Source: Alphaproteobacteria bacterium
GTDB taxonomy: Bacteria > Pseudomonadota > Alphaproteobacteria > GCA-2731375
Length of the DNA stretch: 64,000 nt
Direction: 5' to 3'
Assembly: GCA_965232515.1 (NCBI GenBank)
Contig: CBDDPY010000002.1
Coordinates: forward strand, 4,864,001-4,928,000
Shown: positions 19,880-30,356 of the stretch, one piece after another
How the letters are laid out: each line of letters starts with the position of its first letter
How positions within the stretch are numbered: the first letter of the stretch is position 1
Made by a program: the position numbers and the translations under genes
Notes under the pieces: model-generated
The model's database searches: none
Seen by the model: the letters and a program-made list of their open reading frames with translations, nothing else
What the model was told of the DNA's origin: nothing

Positions 19880-21081
19880 CCCCCTGGCTGACGGTCGTCG
19901 GCATCGGCGACGACGGTCTCGACGGCCTTGGCGCCGCGTCCCGGGCGCTGATTGACAATGCCGAGGTGCTGGTCGGCGGCGACCGACATCTGACCATGCT
20001 GGCCGGCCACCCGGCAGAGCATCTCGGCTGGCAGTTCCCGCTCGATCCGCTGATCGACGACCTCAAGGCCCGGCGCGGCAAGCGCGTGGTCGTGCTGGCG
20101 ACCGGCGATCCCATGAGCTACGGCATCGGCACCACGCTCTGCCGGCACCTCGACATCGATGAGATGCGTCTGATCCCGGCGCCGTCGGCCTTCGCGCTCG
20201 CCTGCAGCCGGCTCGGCTGGCCGCGCCACACGGTCGAGAGCCTGACGCTGCACGGCAGGCCGCTCGAGATCCTGAACGCCTGGCTGCAGCCGGGCCAGCG
20301 CCTGCTGCTGCTCAGCCACGACGGCACGACGCCGGCCAAGGTCGCGCGGCTGCTGACCGACAAGGGCTTCGGCGGCAGCCGCATGACCGTGCTCGAACAT
20401 ATGGGCGGCCCGGCCGAGGCGCGGCATGACGCGACGGCGGGAGATTGGCCGCCCGACTGCGCCGCCAATCTGAATACCATTGCCGTCGAGGTCGTCGCCG
20501 ACGCGGACGCTATCGTTCACGCGCGCGTCCCCGGCCTGCCCGATGCGGCCTTCGCGAGCGATGGCCAACTGACCAAGCGCGAGGTCCGTGCCGCGACACT
20601 CGCCGCGCTGATGCCGATATCGGGGCAGTTGCTGTGGGACGTGGGCGCCGGCTGCGGCTCGGTGGCGATCGAATGGCTACGCGCGGCGCCAAACACACGG
20701 GCCGTGGCCATCGAGCACAAGAGTGACCGCCTGGCTCTGATTGCCGAGAACGCTGGCGCGCTGGGTGTGCCGCAGCTCGACGTGGAGAGTGGAACCGCAC
20801 CTGACGCCCTCGCCAATCTCGACCCGCCGGATGCGATCTTCATCGGCGGCGGCCTGACCGCCGCCGGCTTGTTCGATGCCTGCTGGTCCGCCCTGCGGCC
20901 CGGCGGCCGCATGGTCGCGAACGCCGTGACCGCTGAAGGCGAGCGCGTGCTGCTCGGCTGGCGCGAGACGGTCGGCGGCGACCTGACGCGCATCGCCGTC
21001 AGCCGGGCCGAGCCCGTCGGTCTGTTCACCGGCTGGCGGCCGCTGATGCCGGTGACGCAATGGGCGGCGGTGAAGTCATGA
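19876..21081 (+). CDS. cobL: Precorrin-6Y C5,15-methyltransferase (decarboxylating), CbiE-CbiT fusion
   Basis: WLTVVGIGDDG, LATGDPMSYGIG, LTKREVR, WDVGAGCGSVAIEW, IFIGGG. Confidence 0.94.
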   Translation: MTPWLTVVGIGDDGLDGLGAASRALIDNAEVLVGGDRHLTMLAGHPAEHLGWQFPLDPLIDDLKARRGKRVVVLATGDPMSYGIGTTLCRHLDIDEMRLIPAPSAFALACSRLGWPRHTVESLTLHGRPLEILNAWLQPGQRLLLLSHDGTTPAKVARLLTDKGFGGSRMTVLEHMGGPAEARHDATAGDWPPDCAANLNTIAVEVVADADAIVHARVPGLPDAAFASDGQLTKREVRAATLAALMPISGQLLWDVGAGCGSVAIEWLRAAPNTRAVAIEHKSDRLALIAENAGALGVPQLDVESGTAPDALANLDPPDAIFIGGGLTAAGLFDACWSALRPGGRMVANAVTAEGERVLLGWRETVGGDLTRIAVSRAEPVGLFTGWRPLMPVTQWAAVKS

Positions 21082-21782
21082 CCGGCACGGCCTACGGCAT
21101 TGGCGTCGGTCCCGGCGATCCGGAGCTGATTACGCTGAAGGCGCAACGTTTGCTGCGCGCCGCGCCGGTGCTGGCCTATCCGGCGCCAGAGACCGGCGAC
21201 AGCCTCGCCCGCGCCATCGCCGCGCCGCATCTGCCCGGCGGTCAGCAGGAAATCGCCATCCGCATGCCGATGCAGATCGAACGGTTTCCCGCGCAGGCCG
21301 TCTACGACCACGCCGCCGAAGAGATCGGCGGCCACCTCACGGCCGGGCGCGACGTCGCCGTGCTCTGCGAGGGCGATCCGTTCTTCTATGGCTCGTTCAT
21401 GTTCCTGTTCGGCCGGCTGGCGGAACGGCACGCCGTCGAGGTCGTGCCCGGCGTGTCCTCGCTGATGGCCTGCCCGGCCGTGCTGGGCGCGCCGCTCGCC
21501 GCGCGAAACGATGTGCTGACGGTGTTGCCTGCGCCACTGCCGGAGGACGCGTTGCGGGATAGACTGGCGAGCTCAGACGCGGCGGCGGTCATCAAGGTCG
21601 GCCGCCATTTCGATAAAGTGCGCGGCGTGCTCGACGCGCTCGGCTTGACGGCGCAGGCGCGGTATATCGAGCGGGCGACGCTCGCGCAGCAGCGGATACT
21701 GCCGCTCGAGCAGGTGGATGGTGATAGTGTGCCCTATTTTTCGATGATCCTGGTGCATAAGCGGGGGGCCGCCTGGCAATGA
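21078..21782 (+). CDS. cobI: Precorrin-2 C20-methyltransferase
   Basis: YGIGVGPGDPELITLKA, LCEGDPFFYGSF, VPGVSS, IKVGR, PYFSMIL. Confidence 0.94.
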   Translation: MTGTAYGIGVGPGDPELITLKAQRLLRAAPVLAYPAPETGDSLARAIAAPHLPGGQQEIAIRMPMQIERFPAQAVYDHAAEEIGGHLTAGRDVAVLCEGDPFFYGSFMFLFGRLAERHAVEVVPGVSSLMACPAVLGAPLAARNDVLTVLPAPLPEDALRDRLASSDAAAVIKVGRHFDKVRGVLDALGLTAQARYIERATLAQQRILPLEQVDGDSVPYFSMILVHKRGAAWQ

Positions 21783-23590
21783 CCACGCCGGCGATCATTG
21801 TGCTGACGCAATCCGGCCTCGCCGTCGCCGGCCTCGTCCGCGCGGCCCTCGGTGGGGCCGAAATCCATGGCCTTGCCGGCAGAGTCGACGGCGCCGACCG
21901 GACCTACGATTCCGTCTCGGCCCTGGTGCAGGCATTGTTCGCCGACGGTGTGCCGATCATCGGCGTCTGCGCCTCGGGAATCATGGTTCGCGCGGTCGCG
22001 CCCGTGCTTGGCAACAAGCGGGCCGAACCACCGGTGATCGCGGTCGCCGAGGACACGAGTTGCGTCGTCCCGCTGATCGGCGGCCATCACGGCGGCAACG
22101 ATCTGGCGCGTCGGATCGCTGCCGCGCTGGAAGCGTCGGCGGCGGTGACGACGGCGAGCGACGTTCGCTTCGGGCTGGCGCTGGACGATCCTCCACCCGG
22201 CTGGCGCGTCGCCAATCCGGCCGCCGTCAAGCCGGTCGCGGCGGCCTTGCTGGCGGACGAACCTGTCGCCCTGCGCGTCGAGGCCGGCGATGCAACCTGG
22301 CTGCGCCGCACCGGCGCCCGGTTTGCCGAATACGGCCAGAACAGCGTGCTTGTCACCGACGGCGCCATTCCGGGCGACGAAAGGCAGTTGGTCTTGCATC
22401 CCTCGACGCTGGTGGTCGGCATCGGCAGCGAGCGTGGCGCCGATCCGCATATCGCCGTCGATCTGGTCCGTCAGACACTGGCGGATGCCGGCCTGTCGCC
22501 GATGTCGGTCGCCTGCGTCGCTTCGGTTGACCTGAAGATGGACGAGCCGGCCGTGCATGCCGTCGCTAACGCGCTCGCCGTGCCGGCGCGGTTCTTCGAC
22601 GCCGCCACGCTCGAGCGCGAAACGCCGCGGCTGGCCAACCCCTCGCAACAGGTCTTCAAGGCCGTCGGCTGTCACGGCGTCTCGGAAGGCGCGGCGCTGG
22701 CCGGCGTTGGCGCCGAGGGCCTGCTGATGGTCGAAAAGCGGAAGCGCGGCGGCGTCACCTGTGCCGTCGGCCGGGCGGGCCACGTCCTCGATCCCCTGGC
22801 CATCGGTCAGGCGCGTGGACGCCTCGCCATTATCGGCATCGGGCCGGGGGATGCCGCCTGGCGCACGTCGGAGGCGATGGCCGAGCTGCGCCGCGCCACC
22901 GACCTCGTCGGCTACAGCCGTTATCTCGATCTGGTGTCCGAGGCCGAGGCCGGTGGCGACCGTCATGCCTTTGACCTCGGGGCCGAGACCGCACGCTGCC
23001 GCGCCGCGCTCGACCTGGCGTCGGGTGGTCGCGAGGTGGCGCTGGTCTGCTCCGGCGATGCCGGCATATACGCCATGGCGGCGCTGGTCTTCGAGCTGAT
23101 CGATCAGGCCGAGCGCGTCGATTGGCGACGCATCGACATTCATGTCGTACCCGGCCTGTCGGCGCTGCAGGCCGCGGCGGCGCGGGCGGGCGCGCCGTTG
23201 GGCCATGACTTCTGCGCCGTCTCGCTGTCCGATCTGCTGACGCCCTGGTCGGTGATCGAACGCCGCCTGCAGGCCGCCGCCGAGGCCGATTTCGTTACCG
23301 CCATCTACAATCCGCGCTCGAACGACCGCCAATGGCAGCTGCCGCGCGCGCTGGAGATCCTGACATCCGCCCGCCCGCCTGAAACGCCGGTGGTGGTCGC
23401 GCGCAATCTCGGCCGCAGCGACGAGAGCATCGACATCACAGCGTTGTCGGCGGTCGAGCCGACCGATGTCGACATGCTGACGGTGCTGATCGTCGGCGCC
23501 GCCGGCAGTCGCCGCTTCGACCGCGGCGCCGGCGGTGAGTGGGTATATACGGCGCGCGGCTACGCCTCGAAGCCAGCCAATGACGGCTGA
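21779..23590 (+). CDS. cobJ: CbiG domain fused to precorrin-3B C17-methyltransferase CobJ/CbiH
   Basis: N-part: GIMVR, EPPVIAV, PLIGGHHGGNDLA, TTASD, GVSEGAAL (CbiG); C-part: IGIGPG, VCSGDAGIYAMA, GAPLGHDFCAVSLSDLLTPW, YNPRS, YTARGY. Confidence 0.93.
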   Translation: MTTPAIIVLTQSGLAVAGLVRAALGGAEIHGLAGRVDGADRTYDSVSALVQALFADGVPIIGVCASGIMVRAVAPVLGNKRAEPPVIAVAEDTSCVVPLIGGHHGGNDLARRIAAALEASAAVTTASDVRFGLALDDPPPGWRVANPAAVKPVAAALLADEPVALRVEAGDATWLRRTGARFAEYGQNSVLVTDGAIPGDERQLVLHPSTLVVGIGSERGADPHIAVDLVRQTLADAGLSPMSVACVASVDLKMDEPAVHAVANALAVPARFFDAATLERETPRLANPSQQVFKAVGCHGVSEGAALAGVGAEGLLMVEKRKRGGVTCAVGRAGHVLDPLAIGQARGRLAIIGIGPGDAAWRTSEAMAELRRATDLVGYSRYLDLVSEAEAGGDRHAFDLGAETARCRAALDLASGGREVALVCSGDAGIYAMAALVFELIDQAERVDWRRIDIHVVPGLSALQAAAARAGAPLGHDFCAVSLSDLLTPWSVIERRLQAAAEADFVTAIYNPRSNDRQWQLPRALEILTSARPPETPVVVARNLGRSDESIDITALSAVEPTDVDMLTVLIVGAAGSRRFDRGAGGEWVYTARGYASKPANDG

Positions 23591-24482
23591 TACCGCGGAT
23601 CGCGGCGGCGTCGGGCTGGCGCTGGCCGCGCTCGCCGCAGCTATGCTCGGTCTGGCGATCGCCGTGTCGCGCTACGCCTATGACGGCGGCACCAACGGCC
23701 TCACGGTTGCGACTTGCCGGGGGCTGGTGCTGCTGCTCGGCCTTTGGCTGTTCTGCCTCGCCACCCGCCGCCGCATGCGGCTGCCGTTCGCCGACTGGCT
23801 GCATTGCGCCGGTCTGGGCGTGCTGATGTCGATGATGTTCTACGGCAATGTCGGGGCCGTCGAGTTCATCGACGTCGGCCTGTCGGCGCTGCTGTTCTTC
23901 ACCTTTCCGCCGATGATCGCGGTGATCAACATCGTCGTCCTGCGCGAAACCGTGCCGTGGCCGAAGTTGCTCGCCGTCGCGGCCGCCTTCGTCGGTCTCG
24001 CCATGATGCTCGGCGTCTCTGTCGACAGCGCCGACTGGCGCGGCCTGGCATTGGCGCTTGGCGCGGCCGTGGCGGCGGCCTGGAACGCGGTCTGGCTGGG
24101 CCGCCGCACGCGCCATCTCGACACCATCGTGGTCACCTTGCACATGGCCAGCATCGCCGCGTTGACGCTGGTCGTGCTGACGCTTGCCAACGACAGCCTG
24201 CAATGGCCGACCGCGCCCGTCGGCTGGTTCGGCCTCGCCGGCGTGGTCGTCCTGCAATGCTCGGGCGTGCCGATGTATTTCGTCGCCATCGGTATGATCG
24301 GCGCGCTGAAATGCGGCATGGTCACCAACGTGCAGCCGGTGGTCAGCATCGCCGCCGCCTTCCTGCTGTTCGGCGAGGTGCTGGGCCCGCTGGAGCTGGC
24401 CGGCGGCGTGCTGGTCCTGGGCGGTATTTTCCTCATGCAATGGCATGACGGCCGCGAACGTCGCGCCGAGGCGGTGGCATGA
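23580..24482 (+). CDS. DMT/EamA family transporter
   Basis: About 10 hydrophobic segments in two EamA repeats (FTFPP...LRETV; QPVVS...LFGEVL); overlaps cobJ stop and cobM start. Confidence 0.88.
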   Translation: MTADTADRGGVGLALAALAAAMLGLAIAVSRYAYDGGTNGLTVATCRGLVLLLGLWLFCLATRRRMRLPFADWLHCAGLGVLMSMMFYGNVGAVEFIDVGLSALLFFTFPPMIAVINIVVLRETVPWPKLLAVAAAFVGLAMMLGVSVDSADWRGLALALGAAVAAAWNAVWLGRRTRHLDTIVVTLHMASIAALTLVVLTLANDSLQWPTAPVGWFGLAGVVVLQCSGVPMYFVAIGMIGALKCGMVTNVQPVVSIAAAFLLFGEVLGPLELAGGVLVLGGIFLMQWHDGRERRAEAVA

Positions 24483-25243
24483 CCGTGCATTTCATCGGCG
24501 CCGGTCCCGGCGCGCCCGACCTGATCACGCTCCGCGGCCGCGATCTGATCGCCGCGGCGCCGGTCGTGCTGTATGCCGGCTCGTTGGTGCCGGCCGAGGT
24601 CGTGGCCTTCGCGCCGGCGGATGCGCGGGTATTGGACACCGCGCCGATGACGCTCGACGAGATCGTCCGGGAGATGGCCGATGCGCACGCGGTGGGCCTG
24701 GACGTCGCCCGCGTGCATTCCGGCGATCCGTCGCTTTACGGCGCGATCGCCGAGCAGATGCGCCGGCTCGACGCGCTGTCGATCCCCTACGACATCACGC
24801 CCGGCGTCCCGGCCTATGCGGCGGCCGCGGCGGCGCTTGGCCGCGAGCTGACCCTGCCGGACGTCAGCCAGACCGTGATCCTGACCCGCACTGCCATGCA
24901 GGCCTCCGCCATGCCGCCGGGCGAGGAGCTGGCGACGCTCGGCGCCGCCGGCGCGACGCTGGCGATCCATTTGTCGATCCGCAACCTGGCCCAGGTCTGC
25001 CGCGATCTGACGCCGCACTACGGAGCAGATTGTCCGGTCGCCGTGGTCTACCGGGCAAGCTGGCCGGACGAATTGGTGCTGCGCGGCACGCTCGCCGACA
25101 TCCGCGACCAGGTCCGCGCCGCAAAGATCACCCGCACCGCGCTGATCATTGTCGGCCGCGTGCTCGGCGACGCCGCCTTCAGCGACAGCAAGCTCTACGA
25201 CCCCGCCCACGCCCACGTCCTGCGTCCGACCCGCGCCACCTAA
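24479..25243 (+). CDS. cobM: Precorrin-4 C11-methyltransferase
   Basis: [60 protein letters not shown]. Confidence 0.96.
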   Translation: MTVHFIGAGPGAPDLITLRGRDLIAAAPVVLYAGSLVPAEVVAFAPADARVLDTAPMTLDEIVREMADAHAVGLDVARVHSGDPSLYGAIAEQMRRLDALSIPYDITPGVPAYAAAAAALGRELTLPDVSQTVILTRTAMQASAMPPGEELATLGAAGATLAIHLSIRNLAQVCRDLTPHYGADCPVAVVYRASWPDELVLRGTLADIRDQVRAAKITRTALIIVGRVLGDAAFSDSKLYDPAHAHVLRPTRAT

Positions 25244-25962
25244 AGCGACCGCGCCCAGGCGAGCGCCGCACCCACGTTGTTTACGGTCTCTGCGTCCGGC
25301 AGAGCCGGCCGCGCGATCATGATCACCGGCAGGCCGAGCGCACGGGCGGCCGCGATCTTCGCGTAGGTGGCGTCGCCGCCGCTGTTCTTTGCCACCAGCG
25401 TCTCGATACGGTGCCGCCGCATCAGGTCGGTTTCCGCCGCCGTGTCGAACGGGCCGCGCGCTTGGATCAGCTCATAGCAAGCCAATGGCACCTGCGCCGG
25501 CCGTTCGATGCTGCGCACCAGGAACCAGACGTCGCGGCATGCGGTGAAGGCGTCCAGGTCTCGCAGCCCTGTGGTCAGAAACACCCGGTCGGCCGTGATC
25601 GCCGCTGCCGCGCTCTCCGCGTCCGGCGCCTCGATCCAGTCGTCGCGGGCCTGCCGTGTCCAGGCCGGCCGGGTCAGCCGCAATAGCGGAATGCCCGTTC
25701 GTGCGCAGGCCGTGACCGCGTTGCAAGACATCCCAGCGGCAAACGGATGCGTGGCGTCGATCACCGCATCGATGCCGTGCGCGCGCAGATAGGCCGCCAA
25801 TCCGTCGCTGCCGCCGAAACCGCCACGGCGAACTTCACCCGGCGGCAGGACCGGATCGCGGGTGACGCCGGCGAGCGATGTGGTCACGTCGAACGCCGGC
25901 TCGGCGGCGCGGGCGAGCCCCACGGCCTCGCCGGTGCCGCCCAGGATCAGCAGCCGCTTCAA
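25240..25962 (-). CDS. cobK: Precorrin-6A / cobalt-precorrin-6A reductase CobK/CbiJ
   Basis: [46 protein letters not shown]; TTG start overlapping the cbiD stop. Confidence 0.93.
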   Translation of the reverse strand: MKRLLILGGTGEAVGLARAAEPAFDVTTSLAGVTRDPVLPPGEVRRGGFGGSDGLAAYLRAHGIDAVIDATHPFAAGMSCNAVTACARTGIPLLRLTRPAWTRQARDDWIEAPDAESAAAAITADRVFLTTGLRDLDAFTACRDVWFLVRSIERPAQVPLACYELIQARGPFDTAAETDLMRRHRIETLVAKNSGGDATYAKIAAARALGLPVIMIARPALPDAETVNNVGAALAWARSL

Positions 25963-27044
25963 AAGCCCGCGCGGCCGACGATGCCGCCCTTGCGGTCGAC
26001 CACCAGCACCTCGACCGTGGTGCCGCCGGCAAGCGTCGCCAGCGCCGTCTGCCGGGCCCGCGCCGCGACGGCGTCGGCCAGCGGCAAACCGGCCTGGCGC
26101 GCAAGTTCCAGGGCCTCGTTCGCCGTGTTGGCGGCGACGACTTTGGTCCGCAGCCCTGCATCGCCGCCAATATCGCCCGCGACGTCCGCCAACCCGTCGA
26201 GATCCACCCGGCTCTTGCCCGAATGCAAATCGAGATGTCCGGCGGCGAGCTTCGACAGCTTGCCGAAGCCGCCGGCGATCGACAGCCGCGCCACGGGATG
26301 GTCGCGCAGATACTTCAAGGTGCCGCCGGCGAAGTCGCCCATGTCCAGCAACGCCATGTCCGGCAGATCGTAGAGTTGCTGCACCGCCCGTTCGCTGGTC
26401 GAGCCCGTCGCCGCCGCCAGATGCTCGAGGCCGGCGGCCCGCGCCACGTCGATGCCCCGATGGATCGAATGGATCCACGACGAGCAGGAATAGGGAATGA
26501 CGATGCCGGTCGTGCCGAGGATCGACAGGCCGTCGACGATGCCGAGCCGCCCGTTCAGCGTTTGCTTGGCGAGCTCGGCGCCGCCCGGGATCGAGACCGT
26601 GATCTCCACATCGCCGCTGCCGCCATGCGCGGCGGCCGTCTCGGCGATGGCCTGGACCAGCATCTGACGCGGCACCGGGTTGATGGCCGGCTCTCCCGGC
26701 GGAATGGCGAGGCCGGTTCGCGTCACCGTGCCGACGCCCTCGCCCGCGCGAAAGGACACGCCGCCGCCTGCCTCGCCCATCGCTATCCGGCTCAACACCA
26801 GCGCCTGGTGCGTGACGTCGGGATCGTCGCCGGCATCCTTGACGATCCCGGCCTCGGCCCAGCCGTCCCCGCGCCGTTCGATGGCGAGCGTGAAGCCGAC
26901 CCGCTGCCCCGCCGGCAGCGTGATCTCGACGGGATCGGGAAACCGGCCGGTCAGCAGCGCTTCATAGGCCGCCTTCGCGGCGGCCGTCGCGCAGGCCCCC
27001 GTGGTCCAGCCGCGCCGCAGATTTCCGTCTGGTCGTCGTGCCAT
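25959..27044 (-). CDS. cbiD: Cobalt-precorrin-5B C1-methyltransferase CbiD
   Basis: LRRGWTTGACATAA, KDAGDDPDVTH, GVGTVTRTGL, AINPVPR, GLSILGTTGIV, GKLSKLAAG. Confidence 0.96.
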   Translation of the reverse strand: MARRPDGNLRRGWTTGACATAAAKAAYEALLTGRFPDPVEITLPAGQRVGFTLAIERRGDGWAEAGIVKDAGDDPDVTHQALVLSRIAMGEAGGGVSFRAGEGVGTVTRTGLAIPPGEPAINPVPRQMLVQAIAETAAAHGGSGDVEITVSIPGGAELAKQTLNGRLGIVDGLSILGTTGIVIPYSCSSWIHSIHRGIDVARAAGLEHLAAATGSTSERAVQQLYDLPDMALLDMGDFAGGTLKYLRDHPVARLSIAGGFGKLSKLAAGHLDLHSGKSRVDLDGLADVAGDIGGDAGLRTKVVAANTANEALELARQAGLPLADAVAARARQTALATLAGGTTVEVLVVDRKGGIVGRAGF

Positions 27045-27113
27045 GTGGACGAGTTTACGCGGGCCCGAGTGCTCGGCCTAGCCGACTGGCGATGTCGTGA
27101 CCATAATGCCGGC

Positions 27114-27962
27114 ATGGATTCGCTCGACGATTTCGGCCTCGATCTGCCCAACCTGCAGCCGGGCTGGGTCTGGCTGACGGGCGCCGGACCCGGCGATCCG
27201 GCGTTGCTGACGCTGCAGGCCGTGCACGGCCTGCGCCAGGCCGATGTCGTGGTATACGACGCGCTGGTCGACCGCCGGGTGCTGGCGCTCGCGCGGCCCG
27301 GCGCGTCGCTGGAATATGCCGGCAAGCGCGGCGGCCGGCCGTCGCCGAAACAGCCCGATATCTCCCGCCGGCTCGTGCAACTGGCGCGCGGCGGCAAGCG
27401 CGTGTTGCGTTTGAAGGGCGGCGATCCCTTCGTCTTCGGCCGCGGCGGCGAGGAGGCGCTGGCGCTGGTCGCGGCCGGCGTGCCGTTCCGCATCGTGCCG
27501 GGCATCAGCGCCGGCATTGGCGGCCTCGCCTATGCCGGCATTCCGGTCACGCACCGCGACGTCAACTCGGCGGTGACGTTCGTGACCGGCCACAACACCG
27601 CGGGCGACGTGCCGGACGGCCTCGACTGGCCGGCCATTGCCCGCGGTTCGCCGGTGATCGTGCTCTACATGGCGCTGAAGCATCTCGACGGCATCGCCGA
27701 GCGGCTGCTGGCCGGCGGCCGGCCGGCGCACGAGCCTGTGGCGATCGTCGCCAACGCCGCGACGGCTGAGCAACAGGTGTTGGAAACGACGCTTGGAATC
27801 TGTGCGGCCGACGTCGCCGCGCACGGCATTCCGCCGCCGGCGCTCGTGGTCGTCGGCGATGTCGTGAAGCTGCGCGGCGGCCTTGACTGGCTCGGCGCCA
27901 TCGCCGGTCGTCGTTTGGATGCGGACCCGCTGCGCATCCGCGACCGCAGCGAAACCGGCTAA
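27114..27962 (+). CDS. cobA: Uroporphyrinogen-III C-methyltransferase (SUMT)
   Basis: VWLTGAGPGDPALLT, ADVVVYDALV, RLKGGDPFVFGRGGEE, IPVTHR, FVTGH. Confidence 0.95.
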   Translation: MDSLDDFGLDLPNLQPGWVWLTGAGPGDPALLTLQAVHGLRQADVVVYDALVDRRVLALARPGASLEYAGKRGGRPSPKQPDISRRLVQLARGGKRVLRLKGGDPFVFGRGGEEALALVAAGVPFRIVPGISAGIGGLAYAGIPVTHRDVNSAVTFVTGHNTAGDVPDGLDWPAIARGSPVIVLYMALKHLDGIAERLLAGGRPAHEPVAIVANAATAEQQVLETTLGICAADVAAHGIPPPALVVVGDVVKLRGGLDWLGAIAGRRLDADPLRIRDRSETG

Positions 27963-27971
27963 GACCGCCCA

Positions 27972-29294
27972 ATGCGCCCCAGTCTGATCATCGCCGCCGC
28001 CGCGTCCGGCAGCGGCAAGACGTTGATCACGCTGGCGCTGCTGCGCCATTTCCGCAACCAGGGCCGTCGGGTCGGCTCGTTCAAGGTCGGCCCAGACTAC
28101 ATCGACCCGGCGTTCCATGCGGCGGCGACCGGGCGCGCTTGCATCAACCTCGACGGCTGGGCCATGCGGCCGGAGATGCTGACCGTGGCCTACGCCGCGG
28201 CGGCGGACGACGTCGAGTTCGTCATTGGCGAAGGTGTGATGGGGCTGTTCGACGGCGCCCTCAACGGCAGCGCGTCGACGGCCGATCTCGCCGTTCGGCT
28301 CGGCGTGCCGATCGTTCTGGTCGTCGACGTGACCGGCCAGGCGGCGTCGGCCGCCGCCGTCGTTCACGGCTTCGACAGCTATCGTGACACGGTTGGCCTC
28401 GCCGGCGTGGTCTTCAACCGGGTTGGCAGTCCGCTGCACGCCCAGATCCTGCGCGATGCCTGCCGGGATATCGACGTGCCGGTCCTGGGGTTTCTGCCGC
28501 GCAACGCGGATTTCACCATGCCGAAGCGATACCTTGGTCTGGTGCAGGCGGGCGAGCGGGCCGACCTTGACGATTTCCTCGAGCGCGCCGCCGCCTTCGT
28601 CGCCGAACATGTCGACACCAGACGCCTGTACGGACTGGCGGAACGGGGGGCAATGTTTCACCCCGCCGCGTCGCCGCCGCCGATCGATCCGCTGGGCCAA
28701 CGTATCGCGGTCGCCGACGATATCGCCTTCAGCTTCGCCTATCGGCTGACCCTCGAAGGCTGGCGGCGCGCCGGCGCTGAGGTCCTGCCGTTCTCGCCGC
28801 TCGCCGACGAGGCGCCGGCGGCCGACGCGGATGCCGTCTACCTGCCGGGCGGGTATCCGGAATTCCATGCCGGCCGCATCGCCGCCAACCAGGCCTTTTT
28901 GCGTGGCCTGCGCGATGCCGCGGCGGCCGGCCGCCCGGTGTTCGGCGAATGCGGCGGCTACATGGTGCTGGGCGAGGGCATCGTCGATGCCGAAGGCGGG
29001 CGGCACGCCATGGCCGGCCTACTGCCGCTGGAGACCTCGTTCTCGGATGCCCGCCTGCATCTCGGCTACCGCGCGGCGACGCTGCTCGCGGACGGACCGC
29101 TTGGCCCGGCGGGCACGGTGATCCGCGGTCACGAATTCCACTACGCCAATGTCGTGCGGGAAGACGGCGACCGTCCGCTGTTCCGGTGTGAGGATGCGCT
29201 GGGTACTGACCGTGGCGCAATTGGGGCGGTGCGCGGGTCCGTCGCCGGCTCGTTCCTGCACCTGATCGACCGCGCCAGCGTTACGAATCCTTAG
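27972..29294 (+). CDS. cobB: (Hydrogeno)cobyrinate a,c-diamide synthase CobB/CbiA
   Basis: SGSGKT, FKVGPDYIDPAFH, EGVMGLFDG, YLPGGYPE, GECGGYMVLG, GHEFHY. Confidence 0.95.
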   Translation: MRPSLIIAAAASGSGKTLITLALLRHFRNQGRRVGSFKVGPDYIDPAFHAAATGRACINLDGWAMRPEMLTVAYAAAADDVEFVIGEGVMGLFDGALNGSASTADLAVRLGVPIVLVVDVTGQAASAAAVVHGFDSYRDTVGLAGVVFNRVGSPLHAQILRDACRDIDVPVLGFLPRNADFTMPKRYLGLVQAGERADLDDFLERAAAFVAEHVDTRRLYGLAERGAMFHPAASPPPIDPLGQRIAVADDIAFSFAYRLTLEGWRRAGAEVLPFSPLADEAPAADADAVYLPGGYPEFHAGRIAANQAFLRGLRDAAAAGRPVFGECGGYMVLGEGIVDAEGGRHAMAGLLPLETSFSDARLHLGYRAATLLADGPLGPAGTVIRGHEFHYANVVREDGDRPLFRCEDALGTDRGAIGAVRGSVAGSFLHLIDRASVTNP

Positions 29295-29469
29295 CGCGAC
29301 GCTCGGCCAGCCGCGCCAGCGTCGCTTCCTTTTCCTCCCGCGTCATCAGCACCCAGCCGCCGATTTCCTCGATCGTGCGGTAGCAGCCCGTGCAGAAGCC
29401 CGTGTCGTTGTCGATGACGCAGATGGCGACGCAGGGCGAGGGGATATCCGGTGGACGGGGATTCGACAT
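29281..29469 (-). CDS. DUF1289 family small Cys-rich protein
   Basis: SPCVAICVID..GFCTGCYRTIEEIGGW matches the SPCxxxC...CxGCxRTxxEIxxW pattern. Confidence 0.85.
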   Translation of the reverse strand: MSNPRPPDIPSPCVAICVIDNDTGFCTGCYRTIEEIGGWVLMTREEKEATLARLAERRAKDS

Positions 29470-29482
29470 CTCGGCGCGATAT

Positions 29483-30271
29483 CTAGGCCGGCGCCGCGAC
29501 CAATGCCAGCAGAAACGCCGCCTCGGCGGCCTGTTGCGTGCTGCCCAGCACGTCGCCGGTCTGGCCGCCGATCTGTCGGCGCGCCAGCCAGCCGACAATG
29601 GCGGCGCCGGCGGCGGCGGCGACCAGCGCCGGCAGGCCGCGGTCGATGCCCAGAACGACCAGGACGGCGACAACGGCGATGCCGATGGCCCAGCCCATCT
29701 GTGCCGTCGTCGGTTGGCCGGCATGGCGCGACATGCCGTCCGCGCGGGCGGGCGGCAGCAGATGCATCAATGCCGGTATCAGCGCCCGTGACGCCACGGC
29801 CGCGGCAATCAAGGCCGCCGCGACGGCGCCCGGCGCCGCCAGCGCCATCACGGCCGCCACGCGCAGACCGACCGAGAAGATCAGCGCCAGCGCGCCGTAG
29901 CTGCCCAGCCGGCTGTCGCGCATGATCGCCAGCTTCGCGGCTTTGTCGCGGCCGCCACCGAATCCGTCGGCCACATCGGCCAGCGCATCCTCGTGCAGCG
30001 CGCCGGTAATCCACACGGCCGCGGCGACGGCGATCAGCGCCGCGACCGGCGCCGGCAGGCCGATACCGTCGGCCAGCGCATAAACGACAGCCGCCAGCGC
30101 GCCGACCGCCAGGCCGACAACGGGGAAGGCCCAGGCCGCCGCCGCCAGCCGCCCGGCGCCGACCTCGCCGTCGAAGCGCACCGGCAGTCGGGTCAGGAAC
30201 ATGAAGGCGACCCGCAGATCGGCCTGCAGCCCGGTCCAGCCGGGGTCGTGGTTTTGCGGATCGGCCTGCAT
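29483..30271 (-). CDS. cobS: Adenosylcobinamide-GDP ribazoletransferase (cobalamin synthase CobS/CobV)
   Basis: FLTRLP, TGALHEDALADVADGFGGG, IMRDSRLGSYG, GGQTGDVLG. Confidence 0.95.
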   Translation of the reverse strand: MQADPQNHDPGWTGLQADLRVAFMFLTRLPVRFDGEVGAGRLAAAAWAFPVVGLAVGALAAVVYALADGIGLPAPVAALIAVAAAVWITGALHEDALADVADGFGGGRDKAAKLAIMRDSRLGSYGALALIFSVGLRVAAVMALAAPGAVAAALIAAAVASRALIPALMHLLPPARADGMSRHAGQPTTAQMGWAIGIAVVAVLVVLGIDRGLPALVAAAAGAAIVGWLARRQIGGQTGDVLGSTQQAAEAAFLLALVAAPA

Positions 30272-30356
30272 CGTGTTATGTGCGGTTGCTCGGGTGCCGG
30301 TTGTCGTTGAATCGGCCGGTCACCATACCCTTCGATCCTGGTCTTTGGGAGACTGG

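Noticed and set aside
18421-21081. 886-aa ORF suggesting a fusion onto cobL
   Set aside because: The N-terminal part is Arg/Ala-rich off-frame sequence overlapping cobH; cobL starts at 19876. The cobH fusion, by contrast, has normal composition and occupies otherwise empty sequence
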